From Oopsacas minuta (lineage: Eukaryota; Animalia; Porifera), in contig JAKMXF010000222.1 in NCBI GenBank assembly GCA_024704765.1, positions 744,001-808,000 of the forward strand: a stretch of 64,000 nt of DNA, written 5' to 3'. Within the stretch, counting starts at the first letter, position 1. Each line of letters begins with the position of its first letter. The translations under genes were made by a program, and so were the position numbers. The notes beneath the pieces were generated by a model. It made no database searches and was not told the origin of the DNA. It saw only the letters and a program-made list of their open reading frames with translations. Of this stretch, positions 26,001 to 38,950 are shown in pieces.

Positions 26001-27317
26001 CAGGGTGCCTCAAAAGTTCGGCAACAAAATATAAATGTAATTCTTGGCATGTAGCATATAACCAAGACTTATATTTTGTTAAGAAAATGTTATTATGTCT
26101 AACTATCATATACGAAAATATTTTGGCTTTACTTGCTTTCAAATCTATTCCCTGGCTTTCAGACTATCTTTAAGTCTGGACAGAAAAAATTTGCAGCCCC
26201 GAGCGAACTCATCCTGATAAAATTCACACCAAGCTTTCTTTAACGCTCGTTTTAGTGCTGGAATACTGTTGTGGGATCTATTGTTTACTAGTGTCTCTAG
26301 ACTTCCCACAAATAATAATCACAAGGGTTTAGGTCAGGACTTGAAGGGGGCCATTCGTCACGGTTCAAAAACCCTGGGATCTTACTTGACAACTAATCTT
26401 GAGATATTTTAGCGGTATGAGCTGGTACACCATCTTGTTGAAATAGCCATGCCTTGTTTTTATGAAGGTCAAACCAATTGCTAAGACATGTTTCTCCAGT
26501 ATAAAATCTTTGTATACCTGTGCATTAATATTCTACCTTCGGGTATGAATGCTAAAGGAGTTTTCTCAAAACTGAATTTCCCGCCCAAACCAGAATACTT
26601 TTGAGGTGTCGCGATTTCTGGACACTTCTAAAGTTTTCTGGGATGTCATTAAGTGTTAAGGAATAAACCAGCGAATTTTGAGAGTTCCACTTCTCCTTAG
26701 TACAGAAGATCTTCTCATTGAAAATACAATTGAATCACTGTTGATATTTTTGAGTCGATCCAGCAGTCTACGACATCTTTGGATTCTCTTTTAAATTACC
26801 TGGCGATTAAGAGACTCTACTCTACTTCGTTTGAAACATTTCATACCTAAGTCTTTCTTGATCATTCGTCGAGCATATTCCTTATCTATTCCTACCTTTT
26901 CGGCGACTTTTCGGTGGGACATCGTGGGCCGACGAGTTAAAATCTGACCAACCTCTTTCTTGCTAGCAGGAGTCCTAATTGTTCTTGGCCGACCTGATCC
27001 TTGCTTATCTACGATATCGCCTGTCTCAATTTATCGTTTTATCGTGTGGGATATCAACGATGGTGAAAATTTCGGTGAACCAAGGGCTTTTAGAATTTGA
27101 TTCTGCTTCTTACCATTTAGAAATAAATGAATAATAGCCGACCTCTTCTGTTGTAGTCCAGATATGCCAGACAAAACAATAGACTAGAATTGAACTATCA
27201 CAGTATATTGAATATATTATATAGCCTTGTTCATAGTATGAATTTAACAGCAATTGAATTATGGTTTGATACAAAAAATTGGTGTAAAAATTTGTTGCAG
27301 AACCTTTGGGCACCATG
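26001..27317 (-). mobile_element. Degraded DD37D (maT-type) Tc1/mariner element
   Basis: TA-flanked imperfect TIRs CA(G/T)GGTGCC..AAA(A/G)GTTC(G/T)GCAACAAA; GSGRPRTIRTP; QQDGVPAH...WPPSSPDLNPCD with 37-residue spacing; many stops. Confidence 0.9.
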
Positions 27318-28052
27318 TAAGTACAGTTTTTTGTATTAGCTTTTCTATCATCAAGATCAACGAAAGGTCATTCTTTAAAGAAAGTCACCATTTCGAATGA
27401 GGGCACGGAGTTTTTGTATTACTAAAAACTGTACTAGCTCAGCAATATATAAAGAATCAGATATAGAAATACATAACGAGGGGTAGGACAGAGGAGTACG
27501 GCCTGAATTTACTTAATTATTATATATAAGTAGTCCATGGCCTCCATTACACCCGGTTTAATTGGAGATTATAGAGGTTAGCGGTTTGTTGTTACCCTAG
27601 AAGCGAGACTCAAGTGTATCTACAATCACTAAGCCCTCCAAGAATTTCAAATACACGTAGAATAGAACACAACCAACTTCTGTTGTAACAAACTTCAAAA
27701 TACGTTCCTCCAGGCCTGATATAAGAGCTTCAGTTAGGAATACATGCAAGTATTGTGGACATCATTTAAGACATTGGCACCCAGTTTTAGCAAACAAAAT
27801 CAAACCTGGGAGGTTACCATACGAAATTGTTGCTCCATATATGTAAATTTTACATGAATACAGTCTAGCTCAAAGCCTGGGAAGTCCATAGACTCCAGAA
27901 TTCCCTAAGGTATCAAGTCATTTTAACCCGATTTAGCGGAATAAAAATGTTAGCCCGATTAACGGAGTTATTCAACACTTTGTATGGTTCTATATTTCTG
28001 GGCAAGTGGCCCGATTAAACGCTGGCTCTATTAGTCTGCTTTTGTTCCAGAT

Positions 28053-29044
28053 GGTAAGCTTAGCTGTATGGGAACTGGCGTTATCAATTAAAATCTTAAT
28101 TCCTCGAGTTCCGGTTTTCGGGCGGTACTTTTCTATATTTTTATCAAGTTTGGAAGCACTTGCACTGTAAAGAAAGTAACAGTAACAGCCTTGTCACTCT
28201 CACAAGGGAATTGCAAGACAATTCCATGACTACTGAAGAAGATGGGACACATAATCTTAGGTTTTCTGAAGTCGGGCCTAGGAATTTTTCCGGTTGTTCG
28301 TTGCCCCTCACCCATGATCGCTTCTTATACTTGCTATATGGTGTTGAATAGTAGACCCACGTCTCGTCACCAGTAATAATCTCTGTTAGGCGTCTAGAAT
28401 CGCAGTTCTCATAAGTTCCCAAGAGTTTCTTGGAAAAAATCAGTCGTGTCAACCTTTGATTCTTACTGAGCTTATGCGGGACCCATTTCCCACAAATCGA
28501 TTGGTAGCCAAGCTCAGTCGTCAGAATTATATGAATAGCTCCCGATAAGATCTCAATTCCTTGTTCTAACTGATTGACAGCAATGCACTTGTCTTCCATG
28601 ATAGTGCTTTCAATCAGTGCGATGTTCTCTGAATTAGTGGCGGATAGCGGTCTTCCAGAACCAGGCAAATCTGTAACATCAGCATCACCAGATCTAAAAC
28701 GGGCAGCCCATCGCTATACAGTAGATCTGAAAGGCAATCCACACACAATATCTCCTGTAACTCGCTGAAGATCTGTACGGGCTGGATCTTGAGTATTGTG
28801 CGAAACTCTAAGTAAGCTCGCCATTTGAGGTTGAAATTATCATCCTTTGAAGCCATAAATTCAACAGTAGGTATGAATTGACTACACGTAATTATCTCAA
28901 AATTCATAATTTGTATTGAATAAGCTTGAAACTTTCAGTATATGGAGTTTAACTACATGGGCTTATAATATATGAAAGTTAGATATATTACTTGACTAAT
29001 TCCTGAGATATAACATGACTCGCAAGACTTATTGGACGCCCTGA
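28053..29044 (-). mobile_element. 3'-truncated mariner, same family as 40545-41874
   Basis: 5' TIR plus TA at 29045; GKWVPHKL, ITGDETW, IDNASSH; ends shortly after HTAK. Roughly 90-95% identical by eye to the 40.5-kb copy, in the opposite orientation. Confidence 0.95.
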
Positions 29045-29169
29045 TACAAATATAATTCGAATAGTTGAAAATTGAACTGTGAAATCAAGCTCAGTATTTT
29101 GCGTTTATGGCATTAGCATTTTTCAAACAATTCAGCCTATTAGGTGATAAATTTAAATTTTTTGTTATC

Positions 29170-29594
29170 CACATGGTCCATCTAAATTACATTCAATGGG
29201 ATTATTTGGTAACAATGGAGCTCTTACGTGACTTTGGCTAGTAATCTCAACACTTCATACCTCGTGTAAAGGAAATACTAAATCTACTAGAAATTCGGAA
29301 ATGTTCAATTTTTGTACAGTCATGATGACGTCAGGAGATTTGGCATATTGTGGGGTACATACGATCCAAATTTCATTAATATATCATGTATACTGTCTGA
29401 GCAGTGGCAAATAATGTGATTTTTCGAAAACTCAAAAAGATGACAATGATGTCATAATTTCGTCATTGGTGAGAATTTTCGTCCAAGACTCGAACTTGTC
29501 CAAGCTAGGCCAAAAATACCCCTGTATGCCAAAAATCAGCCCTGAAGCTCTTCAAATTTCTTCAATCTATTCTAGAAATACAAACATATACATA
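29170..29594 (+). repeat. Dispersed repeat family A, copy 3, interrupted by a DD37D element
   Basis: 29400-29594 matches copies 1 and 2. 29170-29350 matches 63826-64000 (CATGGTCCATC.AAATTACATTCAATGG...GTCATGATGACGT). Confidence 0.75.
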
Positions 29595-30902
29595 CAGGGT
29601 GACAATTAAGTTCTGATACATAGTTCCAATAGATCTGATACGTTCCCAATATATTATATTACCATTTCTATCATATATATTCTAACATATATGTCTTCCT
29701 GTTATGCTCAAACAGTAATCAAAATCTATATACGCATAAAATCAGAAATTTCAACATGGAAGTAAAGAGGTTAAAAATTATCTCATTATTTATGACCAGG
29801 GAGCACACAGAGCGAGATTTTGAAAAGGCTGACAAGTGAAAAGATCAACAGATTATTCATTTATCGTACTATTAAACGATATAACGATACCAAAAGTGTG
29901 GAGGACAAGCCTCGTTCTGGCCGACCGACTACAGTTCGTATGAGAGCACTAAGGGAAAAACTCCGCTGTAAAATCGGCCGAAATCCCAGGCGGTCAATCC
30001 GGAAGATGGCAAGGGAGTACTCTGTTAATCGCGAAACATTGCGAAAGGTGATACATGATGGCCTGGGACTTAAATCACTCTAACGGCAAACAGTTCATTA
30101 TCTCACTCCCACTCTTCGGGTAAAAAGACTTGAAAGGTGCAAAAGGCTTCTGCGGCGCCTCGTAAATGAAGATTATGAACAGGTATTGTTTTCGGACGAA
30201 AAGATTTTCACGGTAGAAGAAGCAACTAACCGTCAAAATGATAGAATTATTGCGTCGTCATGCAAGACATCCTTGAGAGCATTATATTCATTGATCAAGT
30301 GCAAAGACGCTTTCTGTGATGGTCTGGGCTGGGGTGTCCGCAGATTCTCGGACAAAATTGATTTTGTCCCACAAGGGGTCAAAATTAACTCGCAAACATA
30401 TAGAGAGTCGATTCTTGAGCCTGTAATCAAATCTGCTGGTTCATCCTTGTTCAAAAACACACCCTGGATATTCCAGCAGGACTCTGCGCCAGCGCATGCC
30501 TGGAAACCAACTCAATCCTGGCTTTTAGGGGAAAATATTGGCTTTTGTCCAAGGAAGAATGGCCTCCTTCAGGTCCGGATTTGAATCCACTTGACTATTC
30601 CATCTGGGGAACTTTACAGAGCAGAGCCTGCGCTACTCCGCATGGAAATTTGGAATCTCTGCGGAAGACTTTGATTACAGAATGGGAGAAAATTCCGCAA
30701 GAAGAACTCCGTAAATCTGTCCAACGGTTTCAAGGACGACTTAAAGCTGTAGTAAAGGCAAAAGGCGGTTATATCGAATAGAATTGGATAGGAAGATTTA
30801 TTATAATATGCTTTAACTGTCAGTGAAAATTTGGATTGAAGGAATAACTAGTTTAGGAAAAACCAGAGTATAATCGTGTATCAGAACTTAATTGTCACCC
30901 TG
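29595..30902 (+). mobile_element. DD37D (maT-type) element, full length, frameshifted transposase 29756-30781
   Basis: Perfect 26-bp TIRs CAGGGTGACAATTAAGTTCTGATACA with TA duplication; FSDEKIF, QQDSAPAH, WPPSGPDLNPLDY. Confidence 0.97.
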
Positions 30903-31309
30903 TATACATATCATAGCTACCATAATATGCCCAGCCCGGGTATTTACTTAGGTCCTCTTGATCTCTCCTAATTTGCTAAAGTTAGACTACACAATGTATT
31001 ATTGTTGGATAGGAAGTGGATTGATCATATTGCCTACTTAAAATATTTATGGATGTGAGTTATGTGGTATTCAAACCTTCCACATGTTTAATGTCCAAAT
31101 CTCGCTTCCAATTTGGGCTAGAAATGAGAAATGTGTTAGTACACAATGGGGATCCATAGGTAACGACTCCTTGAGTCAGATTGAACATATATAATTATAT
31201 TCACGATTACGTTACATTGATTTGAGTTATCATATCAAAATGTATTACAAGAGCATGAAAGTCAGGTATAAACTGTAAATACGCTACTAATTTGAGAATT
31301 AGTTTCACG

Positions 31310-31620
31310 ATTATTGGGTTATGTTGGATAAACATAAAATGTGTCATCCATGTTCCCTACTGTAACTCAAGAACGAGTCAACTGTATCATGACAATATTC
31401 CAATATCTTGTATAAAATTTACATAGATAATTTCACACATTAACCCGGAAATAAAAGATGCAATATTTTACATGGGCCATTACAAGCTGTCAAACAATGG
31501 CAGATTTTACAAAATACATGCTTACTAGTCAAATATTTTGGCACATTCCCGAATATGTTAGCATATAATAGTTGATAATTTGTTGTACTACAAATGCGCA
31601 ATACATATTTATTCGGGCAA
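31310..31620 (+). repeat. Partial copy of the 17.7-18.6 kb fold-back family
   Basis: AAAATGTGTCATCC...CTGTAACTCAAGAA..GTCAAC matches 18300-18350; downstream similarity continues to 18570. Confidence 0.65.
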
Positions 31621-32103
31621 AAAGCGATATTTTGGCAGTATCAACATAACGTGGAAAGGTGTAAAAACACATAACTCACATTCCACAAATATTGTAGGAA
31701 TTGCGTTTTAACTTTTAATAGTATAGATCTGTGAAAAATTGTAGTGCTCAACAATTTCTCCCACACAGTACACGATAAGTTATCAAAAGTATTATTAGAC
31801 GACATAAGACATTCAAAACAATAAAAATCTCTATCCCTAAAATTACTATAGTATTAACCAAATTTGGATGAAAACCGAAATTAAGTAATGAAAAACAGCA
31901 CCTTAACAAAAATTAATAGCGGTACCACTAAATCTACTTGGTTACGATTTAAAATTTAGATGATAAAAAATACGACAATACCGTAAAAGAGTACAAAAAG
32001 TTTGTATAATGAATAGAAATATTTATTTCGTTTTAAGTTAAGCGTTAAACGAACGCTTTAACAAGCTTACAAGTTACAGCATATATAAATAGCATATTCT
32101 AAC

Positions 32104-32344
32104 CTTATTAGGACACTGCTCCTTCTCAAATTCGTCAGGAATGGCAATTTGATCGCAATTGATATACTTCATCTTACCAGGGTTGGTAAACTTCAGCTGG
32201 GTACATCTCTTAATATAATTCTGAGAAGCATTGAATGAACGTAGTGTACTATCCTCGGTAAATTCAGTATGTTCCAAGATTTGTATTGCAATAAGACAAT
32301 CTTCGTCTTGAAATGTGATTTGTCCCCAGTATAAGAAATGATCT
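32104..32344 (-). CDS. ARHGAP35/5-like: p190 RhoGAP coding exon 2 (GTPase domain)
   Basis: Acceptor TTGATTTAG (phase 2) and donor AAG|GTTAGA (phase 0); 241 nt. DHFLYWG...ILEHTEF...YIKR...KMKYINCDQI matches p190 DHFLYWG, VEQTEF, YIKR and KLMYFCTDQL. Confidence 0.95.
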
Positions 32345-33249
32345 CTAAATCAAGAATAAAGTAAATACAGGGCGTCGATAGTCGAATTCGTCTCAACCCG
32401 TGTTATGGGGAAATCGAATACGCTGATTCCGAATTTTACGATTTCAAGTTACTCAAATCTAAATTATTGTTGTTGTTATAAAAAAATTTCGAAGTATGAA
32501 GTGCCGAGCTTCACACAAACACGAAGTGTTCAAAAGGTGGTGCTGCCGCGGAGCGGGAACAAACGAAGCAAGCTCGTTAGAGATAAAACGAGAAGTTATA
32601 ATACGAGATAGATATAGTAAATCGTATATACTAATGAGAGTAGCAATAACAGTGAGCATTTTCTAACAATATAAGAAATAATTAAAGTGAAAAATACTGA
32701 TTTGTGATTCCAACTTGCATGAAGAATTGTGTAAAGGCCTTTATTGAAACAATATAATATTCACAAATCTGATAAATGATACAAATACTACACACTCGAG
32801 CAGTAAACGACTTTATAAGTGGTGCAACTCATTGTCAATAATTTTAATGATATAGATTTATGGTAGAAATTGGTACATCGTGAAAATTAAACATAGTTAA
32901 TCATGAAATTTTTGGTCCAACGGTAACAATTTCCAGGGAAAGAAAGTTCTCGCGTTTGATCAATATTTTAGAGTAGAGCCGTGAGATTTACCCAAGGCAT
33001 ATATTCCATCAGCCCCTGGACCCCTCAGACTATGCTAGTTTTTGTCCTTTCTGAAAGACCAGCACGCCCCTGATTGCGAATACAGTTTTGATTGAAACTT
33101 CTGGGTCAAACTAGCCTCGTATATCTTACCACCAACGTTGAAATATCCGATATCACTTGAATTCCGTCCATTTGGACAATAACATGTTTTTCAGCATCAC
33201 AGAAAGAATGAGTTTTTGTTTGAGGAAGGTAAGTAGCCACTTTCAAGGC

Positions 33250-34160
33250 CAGATGAGGAATATAACTTAACTAGAGAATTTACAAGAGGAAGAGTTAGAC
33301 AAGGCATTTGCTGAAGATATTTATAACATGCTGGAGAAATCAGATGTGTTCTGAGGGCCAATATTTGTGTTAGTACATTATATCTACGCCTGTTTTGAGG
33401 AACAAGGCTGTTTTTTAACTGGCATTGTATGAATTGCAGTCTTGAAAGTTCTGGATAATCAGGTAATCCTAGATTGATTAATTAGTTTGTAAAGTGTTTA
33501 TGACCTGTTGAATATGGTCTATTGCTAAAGAAATATGGGTAGCATTCGTCTCAGAAATATCAGATTAACTGGGATGTGCTGATTTAGATGCTTCACCAGG
33601 TATAGTTTCTATTTGTCGAATTTCGCTTAATGAGGTTAGAGAAAGCAAACAAGGTTCTCCATTACAATAAGCTCTACAGATAGATCGGAATGTGATGTCA
33701 AGTACATATTTACAAGGATATCACTATTTACAAGACTTGGGCGCATAAAAACGATAGTATTTGGCTCAGGATGCCATAATGACCATGTTTTAGACAAGGA
33801 AAGCAAAGGTAATTGGTCTGAAATATTTGAAAACTGCAAATTTGAACTTATCTATCTCTTCAGCTTCTGATTTCAAGCCAAGTGTCAAAGTTAGTTGAAT
33901 AGTTCATCTTTCTCTTAATTCTAGGGGACGCCTGCGCTTAGTATTAAATTGGTAAAATGGACAAGCGAGTAGAAACGCTGGTATAGCGCCATCTTTCAGC
34001 TTGGGGATGACTCGAGGGATTTCACGAAAGTTTACACCTCCGTTTGGAACTTTGTGACTGTCTTCTACATCCTCTCCGCGAAAATGTTTAACACAAACAT
34101 AAACAGACTTCAATTCAACTAAATCATTCCTCCGAAGAGTTCTAACCTAAGAATATCTGA
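33250..34160 (-). pseudogene. Second THAP/P-element transposase 5' remnant
   Basis: SVYVCVKHF...PKLKDGAIPAFL (33904-34113), and downstream LALRTHLISPACYKYLQQMPCLTLP (~33280-33370), which parallels LHNISPAAYRMLR in the intact-ended P element. Confidence 0.75.
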
Positions 34161-34429
34161 GTTCAGGTGGTTAATTAGGTCATTTGAATACAGATACAGT
34201 TTCGTGAGTAGATTTTTAGTTACTTTTGCACCCATGAGCGAAGCAGCAATTAGGCATTATTTTTAGCACTCAACAGTGGTAAATGCTAAACTAAGCAGAA
34301 AAAAGTTAATAAAGTACTAGATACGGATAATACAAGCATATGCACAAGGAAAAAGATCAAGAGTGACAGAATTCGAACAGCAAATGAGTATATGGATATC
34401 TATAGGACTTCTTAATAATTTTTCTAATG

Positions 34430-34875
34430 TATTTATATACGAGCCTTTGGCCCGTCGCTTCGCGATGAACTCGGCGCATTGCGCCTCGAGGTATTCTGCG
34501 GACAAACAAACAGACAAACAACAATTAAGATTTAATAATATTGATGTTGTTTACAATATTAAGACTCAGCATACTCGATTACCCCTAGATAGTCGTTGAA
34601 AGTATGATTCTTTTTCAATTTTGAAATTTGTTTACTTTATATTCATAACAACAATAAATTTACATATGATTAATCCAAAAATGTTAAAATCGGATTCAGC
34701 ATGTTTGATATAATTAGTGATGTTTTTTTGAATTCTTTTTACTTCCATGATAACACGATAAAAACATAGTTGTGCGACAATTTTAAAATTGCATACCGTA
34801 AATCCTTCCTTAACAACGGACAAACAAATAAACAAACAGATAAACAATAATTGAGATTTAATAATATAGATTAAA
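34430..34875 (+). mobile_element. Two adjacent Helitron/HINE (DINE-1-like) non-autonomous repeat pieces
   Basis: GACAAACAAACAGAC microsatellite followed by TTAATAATAT(A/T)GAT 3' ends; CGGATTCAGC core shared with 51590-52170 and 32410-32450; GGCGCATTGCGC segment shared with 53680-53750. The family class is inferred. Confidence 0.5.
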
Positions 34876-36941
34876 ATGAATTTTCAATTGTTTTGATTAG
34901 ATAATAAACTAAATATTTAACCTTGTGGTTCATTACTAATTCCAGCCTGTAATTGCATCCATGGTCCCAATTTCTCTTAATAATTTGTAGTCTTATGTTT
35001 GGTAGACTAGGTTTGACCATATTTGGCAATAAAAAGAAGAAATCACCATTTTCACAGTAGATCGGGACCCCATCCCTTGTCCATATTTCAATTGTTATTG
35101 TGAGGCTCACGTTTGAATATTATGGGAGAAATTGGATAGAAATATTTTGGATACATGGATCTGAATATTTTGTGAGATCTCATCCAAATAAGTAAATAGA
35201 TTGTGACAAAAATTGAAAATATAACATAAGCAAGCATAAACGTATATGAATCGAAAGTTGGATTCTATCACTGACTTCTAGGAATTCGTGATTGTATGTA
35301 ATAATTATATGAATTGTCCTCTAACTAAGATACGGTAAAAGCTGGATTATATTGAGCTGGATTTGGAAATTTACACAACATCAATATTGTACAGCTATGT
35401 ACATAACCTAAGCAAGAAATATCTCTATAGGTATTTTGGAGCCGAGTTAGGGGAGAAAATGTATTTTATAGCAAATGAAATATATTAGTACGTACATAAT
35501 GTTAAACGTATCAATATACATCATTAAATTTCTGTTTGTACGTTGTCAAGGAAAGAATTTATGGAATGTTGTATTGTATTTGAATTTCATTATTCTGAGA
35601 TGCCGCAAACTATGTACTTATAATTTATCGTGGTATCAAGAAATTAAACAGAATAGAATAAAACTTGATAAATATTATGGATGTTGTTGATGACCTTCAA
35701 GGAGTTGATCAATTTTTGAGTATCAAAAAAGGAGGTAATAAAATTTAGACTAATTTCATTATCACAAATTGTATATATGATTCGGAAAATTCTACTTGCT
35801 ATAAATGATAGCAATGCACAAACATGTATAATCTAGAGATAACATCTGCACGATTTAGCTTGTTTGGCAAACTAAGAAATGCGAAGTAACAAATATATTA
35901 AAAGGGAAAATTGATACGATCATTTAAATAAATGATCAAGAGATAATAGAAGATGTCAACATTGGTCTGCCGACAATTTGGCCAAATTGGCGTATTTTTG
36001 GAATAAAGAAAAATCATCACAATTAATGAGCTATTTATGAGGTCATCAAAAACTGATGACCTAAAAAGTAAAGTTAATAAAAAATTTTAGGCTAAGAATT
36101 AATCATATATAAATTTATAAATGTTTTATTATTATAAAGTAAACAAAATATAGGTAGAGACTCGATCTTAATAACCACAATGGGGTAACAAGGTATGTTG
36201 AATATGAATTTTGCATTTTCAAGTTTCTCATATGTAAATTATTATATTTCTAATAAATTTACATATGAAAAACTTGAAAATACTCAATGCCTGTCTTGCT
36301 AACAAATGAAATCGGACATCTACCTGAAATTATCAGACACTTATGCAAGTGATATTGACCAACACTATACCATCAGTCACAACCAACGACACTTAACTAC
36401 CAACTTGCTGGCTTTAGTATATTGAGTGAAAGAGACTTAAAATCAATCCCATAAGAAAACGGGCAATTCTACAAATATGACGGAATGAGAAAACCTAATA
36501 TCCAACTTTGGAATGTTACACTTTTATCGGATCAATAATACTGAATTCTACCTCTTGCACTATCCTGACTAATTCTGCGATTCACGACGTACACTTTTCC
36601 ACAATTCGAAAGCACGCAAAGGCAAGGTACATCGAACAGTGTGGGGACCTCTGCCCGAGGGTATTCAGGCATAGTTATCCCTATCATGGTGAGCCCAGAT
36701 GATAGAAACGCGACCTGCAATAGCACATCCCCAGTAGCGAATATCATCACTCTACCATCTCAAGTGTATTGCGAGAAAGGCAGGGCAACAGGCGAGACTA
36801 CGCCAAAACGAAACACAGCATGGAATCACATACAAGCAACTTTCTTATCAAATATTTGAATTTAATGTGTCCTCATCTGTGCCAGTCAGCTTCTCGGGAG
36901 TCTGTACTGTTGGTGTTTGTTAAATTAAGGTTTTTAAACAT

Positions 36942-37130
36942 CAGGGCCGTATCCACCAAAATAAAAGTGGTCAGGTTAACCTAACCAACCTGATTGAGTG
37001 GTCAGGTTAACTTGACCAACCTGACTTTGTTGTCAGGTTAACTTGAACAACCTGACTATTTTGGGGAAATTCAGTAACCAAAAGTGGTCAGGTTGAAACC
37101 TCACTAACCTAACCAGTGGCTACAGCCCTG
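36942..37130. mobile_element. MITE with internal tandem palindromic units
   Basis: TIRs CAGGGC(C/T)GTA(T/G)CCAC; four GGTCAGGTT(AAC...AACCTGA) units. No TSD found. Confidence 0.65.
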
Positions 37131-37749
37131 CACATATTGGTATATGGTGCAGTGTAGAAGCGAATTTGGCATGATCGCAATCACACAAACTATCTCCTAA
37201 GCTGCAACATATACAAGGCGAGGCTAACGTTTAGCGTAGGGATGCTGTAAGGCGAAGGAGGCCACCGCAGCTGACTTGTTGTATTTACAGAATCCTGGCG
37301 ATATCCGGGAGTATGTGGCGCGGAAACGGCTCATGGTTTCAACTCAACTCGTAAGCGCATCAACATTCTACCAAGCATTTTCATTAAGCACGTAAACTTC
37401 AGGGGTGATGGGTTATAGTAGAGTAATTTTGAATATTGCTGTGTCAGGAAGAAGTCATCTTGGCCTTATTGGCTGCATTTTGCGGTAGTTTCAATATCAA
37501 TGAGATAATTTTCAAAGTGATAGAGTTAACCCTTCCAGTTTAGTAGAAAATTGTTTCCAAAATTAGATACAAAAGTGAATCATAATTATAGCAAATTTAT
37601 GCGAAAGAATCCTGGTTGAACAAAAATTTCATTGAAATTCACCCATTATTCAAGTTAGAAACAAAAATAATACCAATTTAATGATCTTTGAAGTAAAATC
37701 CAAGTTAGCGTGCAAAATTTGATGACTAAAATTCAAATACCAACAGTAT

Positions 37750-38950
37750 TCTTGTGTCAAAAGCCGTGAAAAATACAAGAGGAAAGCCGGTATATTTCCA
37801 CGTTTTGGAAAATTGAATAGGTGAATTCGCACAGTTTCAGTGACAAATATCAACAATAAATTGCAAGTAAATGATAACACAACGAAAATAAACTTTTGCA
37901 AATTTCTAGTGAATTTTACGATAAAAAGGACAATTTAGTGGGTTTTAGATAAAAATTAGGTTGTGGCCGATATTATTATAAATTTTTTAGAAAAATCACA
38001 GAAACTTCTTCTATACATTACATATTAACCGAATACTGGCAGGAAAATGTGTCATATTATGACGTCAAAAAGGTGCCAAAAATATCTTTTGGTGGCCGAA
38101 TTGGTTAAAACGAAGTGGTAAAAATTAGCGCTCATTTTCATTACTAACGTAAATTTCAGGCGTAATCGGTTATAGCTTGGTAGAAAAATAGAGAAATGGA
38201 CCAAGATGAATGTATCAGGAAGCAGACATTTTGGCCCGATTTAGGCAATATTCTGCCACGATGCCATAGCAAAGCGGCTAGATAGGGTCAGGCCGTCAGG
38301 ATTTTCTAACTTAGAGAGCTTCGCCCGCGCCGTTAGATGGAAATTGCTTGCCAAAATGAAAATAAAAAAGCAACTCCTACTTAAAGCTAATATATTCTGA
38401 AAATCTAGAACTAAAAATTCGAAAAACAGTTCATTGAAATTCAAAAATTTAGCAATTTAGAAACTAAAGTTTATTGCAATCAATCGATTTGGACGTAAAA
38501 TCTTAGCTAGATACCAAAATTCGATGAAGTAAATTCAAATAAATATAGGCAGTATTCTAGTGTCAAATTGCGAAAATACCAGTGGAACTCATTCCATCAA
38601 TGAGCACGGTTTCAGTGACAAATACCGAGCATAAATTTCAAATAAAATTCTAACACAAAGAGATTATAATTTTGGCAAATTTCCAGCCAAATCAACATAG
38701 AAAGTCCCAAATAGGCCGTATATATGGAAAAATCGGCCTTTGGACGATTTTATTGTAAATTTATTTGGAAAACTTAGCAGAGGCTTCGTCTCTGCTTACT
38801 CTATTAACAGAATACGGCTGGGAAAAGTGTGATTTATGACATCAGTAAGGCGGTGAAATATCGATTTAATGAGGGAATTTTGTTAAAAAAGGGTGGAAAA
38901 TAACCAGATTTAAAACATATCGGCACGGCATCCTTAAACGATATTCATGT
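37750..38950 (+). repeat. Diverged direct duplication with about 800-bp period
   Basis: GTTTCAGTGACAAATA, GGCAAATTTC and GAATAC.G..GGAAAA.TGTG..AT..ATGAC.TCA recur at about 37830/38610 and 38030/38810. Confidence 0.6.
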
